Assembly (NCBI RefSeq): GCF_035084215.1
Contig: NC_090359.1
Span: 24,428,001 to 24,492,000 of the forward strand
DNA from: Heptranchias perlo
Taxonomy: Eukaryota
Reading direction: 5' to 3'
Length of the DNA stretch: 64,000 nucleotides
Positions within the stretch are counted from its first letter, which is position 1. Each line of letters opens with the position of its first letter. The notes under the pieces are model-generated. The model was given only the letters and a program-made list of their open reading frames with translations. It was not told the origin of the DNA and searched no databases. Below, piece by piece: positions 25,561 to 35,189 of this stretch. Position numbers and translations under genes: made by a program.

Positions 25561-26351
25561 CATTGAATTCCATTGGCCACTTTTACCCCATTCCCCCATC
25601 TCATCGATACCCCTTCGCAGCTTCCTTTGGCCTTTAGGGGGGCATTTTACCATTTGTCAAACGGGTTCCTGTCTTATTTTATGTTGTTTATTCTCGTCAC
25701 ACAGACAAAATACCACAAAACGAAACTCTGCAAAGGCCCGAGTCGACAGCTTGTTCCTGTTTAGGTGCAGAGTGACCAATGTGCCGAATGACCCTCCCTC
25801 TCAGCCCTGTATGTTCATTTGTTTAGTGATTGATTTCCTGGCCCATTAGTGAGCCATAATTAGGTCATTAAACTGGGGGAGGGGGGGAGACCAGAAGTAT
25901 CTTACATCAGCGACATTGCCAGCTTGATAATGGGGGGATGGGCTGGGGAGTGCGAGCTGTTTACATTGGTGCAGAGTCAGGGGCCAGGCAGGACTTGAAT
26001 GTGATGTGTGTTGTACATTGGTCTGGACCCTTGTCTGCCCTGTGGAGACCTTACAGGCTTGTTGAAGGGGCAGAAAGGAGCCTGGGACCTCAGAATGGGC
26101 CATTTCCTCTGGCAAGTGTCTCCATGCCACCCCGAAGTAGCAAGGACCACATGTCTGCCCTTGACAGTAGGATTATCAACTGGCCCACGGGTTCACCATG
26201 GGACCTTGACTGGTGGCCAAGGAGGCATTGACTTGAGCCAAGTTCTGTTGAGATGTCCATCACCCAGTGAGCGATGGATCGTTCACAGATTGCTTGGACC
26301 ATGGCAAGAAGATAAGGCAATTGGACCTGATACCCACTGAATCCACTACAT

Positions 26352-27880
26352 CAATCCCACTGCCCCGCTCTCCACATAACCCTGTATCAATCCCAAATAA
26401 ATCCCACTGCCCCGCACTCTCCCCATAGCCCTGTATCAATCCCAAATAAATCCCACTGCCCCGCACTCTCCCCATAGCCCTGTATCAATCCCAAATAAAT
26501 CCCACTGCCCCGCTCTCCCCATAGCCCTGTATCAATCCCAAATAAATCCCACTGCCCCGCACTCTCCCCATAGCCCTGTATCAATCCCAAATAAATCCCA
26601 CTGCCCCGCACTCTCCCCATAGCCCTGTATCAATCCCAAATAAATCCCACTGCCCCACTCTCTCCCCATAGCCCTGTATCAATCCCAAACTAATCCCACT
26701 GCCCCACTCTCTCCCCATAGCTCTGTATCAATCCCAAACTAATCCCACTGCCCCACTCTCTCCCCATAGCCCTGTATCAATCCCAAACTAATCCCACTGC
26801 CCCACTCTCTCCCCATAGCCCTGAATCAATCCCAAACTAATCCCACTGGCCCACTCTCTCCCCATAGCCCTGTATCAATCCCAAACTAATCCCACTGCCC
26901 CACTCTCTCGCCATAGCCCTGTATCAATCCCGAACTAATCCCACTGCCCCACTCTCTCCCCATAGCCCTGTATCAATCCCAAACTAATCCCACTGCCCCA
27001 CTCTCTCGCCATAGCCCTGTATCAATCCCAAACTAATCCCACTGCCCCACTCTCTCCCCATAGCCCTGTATCAATCCCAAACTAATCCCACTGCCCCACT
27101 CTCTCCCCATAGCCCTGTATCAATCCCAAACTAATCCCACTGCCCCACTCTCTCCCCATAGCCCTGTATCAATCCCAAACTAATCCCACTGTCCCGCTCT
27201 CTCCCCATAGCCCTGTATCAATCCCAAACTAATCCCACTGTCCCGCTCTCTCCCCATAGCCCTGTATCAATCCCAAACTAATCCCACTGCCCCACTCTCT
27301 CCCCATAGCCCTGTATCAATCCCAAACTAATCCCACTGCCCCACTCTCTCCCCATAGCCCTGTATCAATCCCAAACTAATCCCACTGCCCCACTCTCTCC
27401 CCATAGCCCTGTATCAATCCCAAACAAATCCCACTGCCCCACTCTCTCCCCATAGCCCTGTATCAATCCCAAACTAATCCCACTGCCCCTCTCTCTCTCC
27501 ATAGCCCTGTATCAATCCCAAACTAATCCCACTGTCCCACTCTCTCCCCATAGCCCTGTATCAATCCCAAACTAATCCCACTGCCCCACTCTCTCCCCAT
27601 AGCCCTGTATCAATCCCAAATAAATCCCACTGCCCCGCTCTCCCCATAGCCCTGTATCAATCCCAAACTAATCCCACTGCCCCACTCTCTCCCCATAGCC
27701 CTGTATCAATCCCAAATAAATCCCACTGCCCCGCTCTCTCCCTGTAGCCCTGTATCAATCCCAAACTAATCCCACTGCCCCACTCTCTCCCCATAGCCCT
27801 GTATCAATCCCAAACTAATACCACTGCCCTGCTCTCTCCCCATAGCCCTGTATCAATCCCAAACTAATCCCACTCTCTCC
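26352..27880. repeat. 47-49 bp minisatellite (aatcccactgccccactctctccccatagccctgtatcaatcccaaact), ~31 units
   Basis: Period 49 (26401 to 26450); unit resembles the CR1 3'UTR. Confidence 0.97.
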
Positions 27881-27993
27881 CAGGAGTCCTGTGTCTATCT
27901 CATGGAGAATCTGAGATGTTCCACCGTGATATCAGAGCAGTTTAATTTCCACGCTGGAGGCAAAAAAATTCCATAATTAAGAAGAAAGCAAAT

Positions 27994-28200
27994 TGAGTCA
28001 CAACCATGTGACAATCATAACATTTCCTAACTGAGTAACAATTCCTCTCACCACTACTGGTCAGGGAGGATTGGCCAATGTGGAGAGTACCCTCCAGTCA
28101 CGAAAGTGAACGTCACACTTTGTGATGTCTGTGTTACTATAACCACAGCTGAATAAATAGCATTTGCCGGTTCCCTTCTTGCTCAGTGTTTGGTTTCCTG
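27994..28200 (+). promoter_or_regulatory. Candidate promoter/enhancer of the IgV gene: AP-1, double CCAAT, ISRE-like, RUNX, TATA-like, ETS
   Basis: TGAGTCA 27994-28000; ATTGGCCAAT 28070-28079; GAAAGTGAAC 28102-28111; AACCACA 28141-28147; gaataaatag; ggtttcctg. Confidence 0.4.
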
Positions 28201-28252
28201 CCGCTTAGACACTCACTGTGGGCTAAGTGTTCATTCCTTTCTTTCTTCGCAG

Positions 28253-28316
28253 GACGTTTCAGGAAACTACTTGAAGTCTTTAACATCTGTCGGCTGATCT
28301 CCCCCTGCTTTGGACG
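28253..28316 (+). other. Probable non-coding 5'UTR exon of the IgV gene
   Basis: Strong acceptor (ttcctttctttcttcgcag), donor acg|gtgagt, no ATG, 1.5 kb upstream of the leader exon. Confidence 0.55.
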
Positions 28317-28545
28317 GTGAGTATTGCTTGCCAGTTGCTTTTTTTTTTCGTTTCCGAGCTGTGATTGCCCCAGACTGGTCCAGAGAGAAATCTGGGACCA
28401 AAACGGTCTGTCACCCCAACCTTCATTTCGAGGAGGGTCACGAGAATCATCCCTTGTTGAAAAGCCCTTAGTTATCAAAATGGACGTTGAGAGCTGGGTC
28501 TTTACCCTAGCAATGTGTGGGGTGATTTAATTGAAAAAATAAATA

Positions 28546-28968
28546 AAGACTTACACTAATATTGTACCTTTTCATGACCTCAGGATGTCCCAAAGCGCTT
28601 TATAGCCGATTGAGGTACTTGTAACGTGGGAAAAGTGGCAGCCAATTTGTGCACAGCAAGATCCCACAATGTGATAACGACCAGATAATCTGTTTTAAAG
28701 ATGTTGGTTGAGGGATAAATGTTGGTCAGGACACTCCTGCTCTCCTTTGAAGTAGTGCCCATGGAATCTTTTACGTCCACCTGAGAGGGCAGACGGGGCC
28801 TCGGCTTAATGTCTCATCCCAAAAGACGGCACCTCTGACAGGGCGGCGCTCCCTCAGTACTGCACTGGAGCATCAACCTAGATGATGTGCTTGAGTCTTC
28901 GGAGCGGGACATGAACCCTCAAGCTTGTGACTCAGAGGCTGAAGTACTGGCCATTGAGACATGGCTGG
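28546..28968 (-). mobile_element. DeuSINE (SacSINE1-like)
   Basis: Reverse complement of the Deu core and tRNA head. Confidence 0.88.
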
Positions 28969-29189
28969 CCCAAATGAAGCTTTTAAAAGGATGGAGGGAC
29001 TAGACTGGGTCTGTGCAGACAGACTATTTCAACGAGATAGGTTAGGAGAAAACGGGGGTGGGGTGGAGGTCGCGCATTTAAGCTCACGCAGAGGGCTGTC
29101 GACATTTGGAGCAAGTTAGCAGCTCGCCTGGCGACTTCCCACGACAGTCGAGAACGGAGATGGGCGGGTCGTCCGCTGGTGGCTGATAT

Positions 29190-29725
29190 CACAACAACAA
29201 CAAGTTGCATTTGTATAGCGCCTGAAACATAGCGAAACATCACAAGGCGCTTCACGGGAGCGACTATCAAACAAAAATTTGGCACTGAACCACATAAGGA
29301 GATATTGGGACAGGCGACCAAAAAGCTCGGTCAAAGAGGTAGGTTTTTAAGGAGCGTGTTCAAGAAGGAGATGGATGGAGAGGTGGAGAGGTTTAGGGAG
29401 GGAATTCCAGAGCTTAGGGCCTAGGCAGCTGAAGGCACGGTACACAGTTCCTAAAGTGTGGTGGCCAGAATTGGACCCAATACTCCAGCTGAGGCCTAAC
29501 CAGTGATTTAGAAAGGTTTAGCGTAACTTCCTTGCTTTTGTACTCTACGTCTCTATTAATAAAGCCAAGGATCCCGTCTGCTTTTTTGACAGCTGGCCGC
29601 CTTCAAAGATTTTTGTATGTGAACTCCCAGGTCTCTCTGTTCCTGCACCCCCTTTAAAATTGCACCATTTTGTTTACATTGCCTCTCCTTGCTTTTCCTT
29701 TCAAAATGCTTCACTTCGCATTTCT
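29190..29725 (-). mobile_element. L2 3' end (29190-29440) adjoining a CR1 ORF2 fragment (29440-29725)
   Basis: (caa)n tail + caagttgcattt...; matches the L2 tail at 50600-50840 and CR1 at 33940-34220. Confidence 0.8.
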
Positions 29726-29782
29726 AACTACGTAAATGTAGAAGCAGGAAATTCCTGAGATCTGTGCGGAGTGATTCGGGCC

Positions 29783-30026
29783 TGACCCCTGTGACCTTTA
29801 ATGTGACCCAAGGGATTAAGTCTGTGCTGACGGATTTGGTTTCTACTCTCTCTCTCTCTCTCGGCAGGACCGCAGTGATTGAAGCGATGGCCTCCCTGTA
29901 CTTGAGTGCGGCCCTCGGTCTGCTTCTAGTTGCTGGATGCTCGCTCGCTGGTAAGGCAATGTCGCTCTCTACCTGCCCTTCCTGTAATGGCGTCTTGTGC
30001 TCGGACAGGTCAAAGGTCAGGGTTCA
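29783..30026. promoter_or_regulatory. Six nuclear-receptor half-sites flanking the leader exon (DR3 plus a third site upstream; DR1-DR1 downstream)
   Basis: TGACCCctgTGACCTttaatgTGACCC 29783-29809; AGGTCAaAGGTCAgGGTTCA 30007-30026. Confidence 0.5.
29887..29950 (+). CDS. Coding exon 1 (signal peptide MASLYLSAALGLLLVAGCSLA) of a single-IgV B7-family-like GPI-type protein; the exon starts at 29868
   Basis: (tc)n-ggcag acceptor, Kozak gcgATGG, hydrophobic leader ending S-L-A, phase-1 donor ctg|gtaagg. Confidence 0.9.
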
Positions 30027-30079
30027 CCCTCACGATTTCGCCCTGGCGACCAGTGAGAGCCTGGACTGCGGGGAATAAA

Positions 30080-30880
30080 CGTGAGGCGGTGCATTTTGGT
30101 AGGAAGAATAAGGAGGCCTCGTACTGCTTGGATAATAAGTCTAAACGAGATAGAGAAGCAGAGGGATCTAGGGGTACAGATGCACAAATCACTAAAAGTA
30201 GCGACACAGGTTAATAAGGCCATAAAAAAGACAAATCAAACACTAGAATTCATTTCTAGAGGGATAGAATTGAAAAGCAAAGAAGTTATGTTAAACATGT
30301 ATAGAACCTTGGTTAGACCACACTTGGAGTATTGTACACAGCTCTGGTCTCCATATTATAGAAAGGATATAGAGGCATTGGAGAGGGCGCAAAAAAGATT
30401 CACAAGGATGATACCAGAACTGAGAGGATATCCTTATCAGGAAAGGCTGAACAGGCTGGGGCTCTTTTCTTTAGAAAAGAGAAGGCTGAGGGGCGACCTG
30501 ATAGAGGTCTTTAAGATAATGATAGGGTTTGATAGGGTAGATGCAGAGAAAATGTTTCCACTTGTGGGGGAGACCAGAACAACAGGTCATAAATATAAAA
30601 TAGTCACTAATTCAGGAGAAACTCCTTTACCCAGAGAGTGGTGAGAATGTGGAACTCGCTCCCACAAGGAGTAGTTGAGGTGAATAGCAGAGATGCATTT
30701 AAGGGGAAGCTGGATAAACACATGAGGGAGAAAGGAATAGAAGGATATGCTGATAGGGTGAGATGAAGTAGGGAGGGAGGAGGCTCGTGTGGAGCATAAA
30801 CACCAGCATAGACCAGTTGGGCCGAATGGCCTGTTTCTGTGCTGTAGTTTCGATGTATCTCGATGTAACTCAATGTAATT
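30080..30880 (+). mobile_element. CR1 LINE 3' fragment (ORF2 C-terminus + 3'UTR) in the leader-V intron
   Basis: RDLGV...LVRPHLEYC...LGLFSLEKRRLRGDLIEVFK. Confidence 0.93.
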
Positions 30881-31024
30881 AAGCACAGGGCCCCTCGCCT
30901 GATCTCCATGCACTCACAGACATGTGCACTTTCCCGTTGGGTTGGTGAGGTGCATCATGGATGATTTCCATCACCCACCCCATCCCCCCATCCAGACCAA
31001 ACGCACTGACGCTAGTGAATGTCA

Positions 31025-31930
31025 ATGAAATGTGTTTGTCAGTTTCCATCCAGTTCCCAGTGGGCCAAAGCCCATGACAACGGATTAGCACTAAATTGCC
31101 GTTCTCACTCTGACACTCCATTTTGGTACAGGAAGTGGGCAACTCCCACTGGTGCTGTAGTGCGTTAGAGTGCATAGAGGGAGCTTTACTTTGTATCTAA
31201 CCCGTGATGTACCTGCCCCTGGGAGTGTTTGATGGGACAGTGTAGAGGGAGCTTTACTCTGTATCGAACCCGTGCTGTACCTGCCCTGGGAGTGTTTGAT
31301 GGGACAGTGTAGAGGGAGCTTTACTCTGTATCGAACCCGTGCTGTACCTGCCCTGGGAGTGTTTGATGGGACAGCGTAGAGGGAGCTTTACTCTGTATCG
31401 AACCCGTGCTGTACCTGCCCTGGGAGTGTTTGATGGGACAGTGTAGAGGGAGCTTTACTCTGTATCTAACCCGTGCGGTACCTGCCCTGGGAGTGTTTGA
31501 TGGGACAGTGTCGAGGGAGCTTTACTCTGTATCTAACCTGTGCTGTACCTGCCCTGGGAGTGTTTGATGGGACAGTGTAGAGGGAGCTTTACTCTGTATC
31601 GAACCCGTGCTGTACCTGCCCTGGGAGTGTTTGATGGGACAGTGTAGAGGGAGCTTTACTCTGTATCTAACCTGTGCTGTACCTGCCCTGGGAGTGTTTG
31701 ATGTGACAGTGTAGAGGGAGCTTTACTCTGTATCTAACCCATGTTTATGTACCTGCCCTGGGAGTGTTTGATGGGACAGTGTAGAGGGAGCTTTACTCTG
31801 TATCTAACCCATGTTTATGTACCTGCCCTGGGAGTGTTTGATAGTGACACTGAGCTCTTGAAATGGAATATTGTTCAATTTCCCAGCTCTATTTCCCCTC
31901 ACCTTCATGAACATAAGTTGCCAATAAAAA
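31025..31930 (+). mobile_element. LF-SINE-related retroposon containing an internal 67-68 bp tandem expansion (31175-31840)
   Basis: Flanks tgaaatgtgtttg...tccagttcccagtgg and caccttcatgaacataagttgccaataaaa resemble the LF-SINE body and tail as recalled; the array is directly visible. Confidence 0.55.
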
Positions 31931-32019
31931 GATAAACAATAAGTTCTCAAGGGTAGTTTATCTGATTCAACATTTTTATTAGTTATTCACAGAAATACTG
32001 TGGCATTGATAGATGGAAA

Positions 32020-32830
32020 GAAAGAGAAATAGAGACAGAGGCGGAGTGAGAAAACAGACAGAAAACAACAGAAGGAGAGACAGAGATAGAGACAGATTGT
32101 TAGGGACATAAAGAGAGGCAAACAGAGAAAGATAGAGAGACAGAGATTGTTATAGGTATAGAGAGAGGCAAACAGAGAAAGGTGGAGAGACAGAGATAGA
32201 GAGACAGAGATTGTTAGAGACATAGAGAGAGGCTAACAGAGAAAGGTGGAGAGACAGAGATTGTTATAGGCATAGAGAGAGGCTAACAGAGAAAGATAGA
32301 GAGACAGAGATTGTTATAGGTATAGAGAGAGGCTAACAGAGAAAGGTGGAGAGACAGAGATAGAGAGACAGAGATTGTTAGAGACATAGAGAGGCAAACA
32401 GAGAAAGATAGAGAGACAGAGATTGTTATAGGCATAGAGAGAGGCAAACAGAGAAAGAAAGAGAGACAGAGATTGTTATAGGCATAGAGAGAGGCTAACA
32501 GAGAAAGGTGGAGAGACAGAGATGGAGAGAGAGATTGTTAGAGACTTAGAGAGAGGCAAACAGAGAAAGATAGAGAGACAGAGATAGAGAGACAGAGATT
32601 GTTAGAGACATAGAGAGAGGTAAACAGAGAAAGATGGAGAGACAGAGATAAAGAGAGAGATTGTTAGAGACATAGAGAGAGGCTAATAGAGAAAGATAGA
32701 GAGACAGAGATAGAGATCAAGAGAGAATGAGACAGGTAGACAAAAAAAGAGATATAGAGGCAGTTAGCGAGATGGTGATAGAGAGATAAATATTGATATC
32801 TAGATAGGCAAGACAGAGGGACAGCTGTAA
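32020..32830. repeat. GA-rich degenerate tandem repeat (gagacagagattgttataggcatagagagaggc...)
   Basis: Direct reading. Confidence 0.9.
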
Positions 32831-32908
32831 GGAGCTGGGAGAGTTGAGTGTGTTTGAAGTGAGAGGCACAGCTCGGTACTGACTGGGTTTATGTGTCTCT
32901 TTTCCCAG

Positions 32909-33262
32909 AGAGCATTAAGTGTGAGATGAATCGAAACAGAGTGATGGCCCGCAGTGGGGACACTACTTCACTGCCCTGCCACTTCAGCACCAGCGGACAG
33001 TCGGAGCAGCTGCTGAAAGTGGCCTGGCAGACAAAGGTCGGTCTCGTGGTGCACGCAGAGAATAGCACGATGGTGTGGACGGAATCGCAGGACGAGGCGT
33101 TTAAAAGCCGCACCTCCATGTTTCCCTCGTGGCATCGAACCGGCAACGCGACCCTGCAGATCACCCAGGTGCGGCCCAGTGATTCTGGGAGTTACACCTG
33201 TTACATAAGAACGGATCAGCGGCCGACAATATGCGCTCAACTGGACTTGACGGTGAATGCAG
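32909..33262 (+). CDS. Coding exon 2: Ig V-set domain of B7/butyrophilin type (VTCN1/HHLA2/CD276-like)
   Basis: 354-nt phase 1-1 exon (ttttcccag| ... gcag|gtacga); LPC-x15-W, QDEAFKSRTSMF, GNATLQI, DSGSYTCY and LTV motifs. Confidence 0.95.
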
Positions 33263-33679
33263 GTACGAGAGCACGTTTCTTTCGCTGAATCGAATGCGGC
33301 CGTTCCCGTCAAGGGAATGCTACCCCTCGGCCGGTGCTGAATTGGCCGTGTTCAGCCGGGGTTAACGGTTGGGGTGCTGCGATTTTGGCCTCAGTGCCCT
33401 CCCTAGGCCCGCGGGTGGGTGGATCCTCATCGTCAGCCTTGTTAGAAAGTGGCAGGAAGTGCGAGCAGTGGACGGGAAGGGGCTATGGCTGCGATGTCCC
33501 CACCCCACAACCATGGTAGAATAGCCCGATTGCTGGCCCGGTCCCTGCATACAGCTGGGTCGATGAATCAGAGGGTGGCAGGCTCCTGCAGAACCATGAC
33601 CCAGCGAGGGGAGAGGGCGGGGGGTGGGGGTGAGGCAACCCTTTTGGGCCATTCAACCATGGGGAGCATCGTGGCCCAA

Positions 33680-34700
33680 CAGAGAGTAGTGGTGAACGGT
33701 TGTTTTTTGGACTGGAGGGAAGTGTCCAGTGGTCAGTGCTGGGACCACTGCTTTTGTTGATATATATTAGTGACTTGGACTTGGGTGTACAAGGCACAAT
33801 TTCAAAATTTGCAGATGACACAAAACTTGGAAGAGTAGTGAACAGTGAGGAGGATAGTGATAGACTTCAAGAGGATATAGACAGGCTGGTGGAATGGGCG
33901 GACACGTGGCAGATGAAATTTAACCCAGAAAAATGCGAAGTGATACATTTTGGTAGGAAGAACGAGGAGAGGCAATATAAACTAAAGGGCACAATTCTAA
34001 AAGTGGTACAGGAACAGAGAGATCTGGGGGTATATGTGCACAAATCATTGAAGGTAGCAGGGCAGGTTGAGAAAGCGGTTAAAAAAGCATACGGGATCCT
34101 GGGCTTTATAAATAGAGGCATAGAGTACAAAAGCAAGGAAGTCATGATGAACCTTTATAAAACACTGGTTCGGCCACAACTGGAATATTGTGTCCAGTTC
34201 TGGGCACCGCACTTTAGGAAAGATGTGAAGGCCTTAGAGAGGGAGCAGAAGAGATTTACTAGAATGATTCCAGGGATGAGGGACTTTAGTTACGTGCATA
34301 GACTGGAGAAGCTGGGGTTGTTCTCCTTGGAACAGAGACAGTTGTGAGGAGATTTGATTGAGGTGTTCAAAATCATGAAGGGTCCAGACAGGCAGAGTAG
34401 ATAGAGAGAAACTGTTCCCATTGGCGGAAGGGTCAAGAACCAGAGAACATAGATTTAAGGCAAAAGAATCAAAGGTGACATGAGGAAAAACTTTTTTACA
34501 CAGCGAGTGGTTGTGATCTGGAATGCACTGCCCGAGGGGGTGGTGGAGGCAGATTCAATCATGGCCTTCAAAAGGGAATTGGATAAGTACTTGAAAGGAA
34601 AAAATGTGCAGGGCTACGGGGATAGGGCGGGGGAGTGGGACTAGCTGGATAGCTCTTGCCGGCGCGGACTCGATGGGCCGAATGGCCTTTCAATGATTCT
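33680..34700 (+). mobile_element. CR1 LINE fragment (RT C-terminal half to 3'UTR)
   Basis: SVLGPLL...KFADDTKL...WQMKFNPEKC...RPQLEYCVQFW. Confidence 0.95.
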
Positions 34701-34714
34701 ACGCAGCGACGGGA

Positions 34715-34925
34715 TTCAACAACCTGCATTTATATAGCACCTTTAACGTAGTGAAAACGTCCCACGGTGCTTTGCAGGAGCGATTACCAAACGAAATTTG
34801 ACACCGAGCCACGTTAGGAGATATTAGGACAGGTGACCAAAAGCTTGGTCAAAGAGGTAGGTTTTAAGGAGCGTCTTCAAGGAGGAGAGAGGGGCGGAGG
34901 GGTTTAGGGAGGGAATTCCAGAGCG
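34715..34925 (-). mobile_element. L2 3' end fragment
   Basis: Matches the L2 tails at 29190-29440 and 54480-54700. Confidence 0.8.
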
Positions 34926-35028
34926 TTTTCCACCTTCGAGATGTTCTCTAAATTCAAGTCGTCGTTCTTCTTCTCTCTCCACGCTGGTTCCAATTCACCA
35001 AACTTCCATTTCTTTCTCGTTCAAACAG

Positions 35029-35108
35029 CTGGGGCCGTCAGATGCTGTGGAGACCTCTCTGCCTGGATCATGACTCTACTACTGCCACTGGCGAAGCTTC
35101 TAACTTGA
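35029..35108 (+). CDS. Coding exon 3: terminal exon (A)GAVRCCGDLSAWIMTLLLPLAKLLT*, probable GPI-anchor signal
   Basis: Long polypyrimidine tract + aacag acceptor; phase 1 matches the V-exon donor; small residues N-A-A-G, polar spacer, hydrophobic C-terminus, stop TGA 35106-35108. Confidence 0.75.
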
Positions 35109-35189
35109 TTTGCAATCCTGTGTTTCTGAGGTGGGTCCCCACATAGGCCTCACTCCACCAAGAGAGCTGGCTAACGCCTGATAACCTTT

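Noticed and set aside
32909-33262. V exon as a rearranging Ig/TCR/IgNAR V segment
   Set aside because: No RSS after the F strand, the G strand is encoded in the exon without an FGxG motif, and the sequence is B7-type
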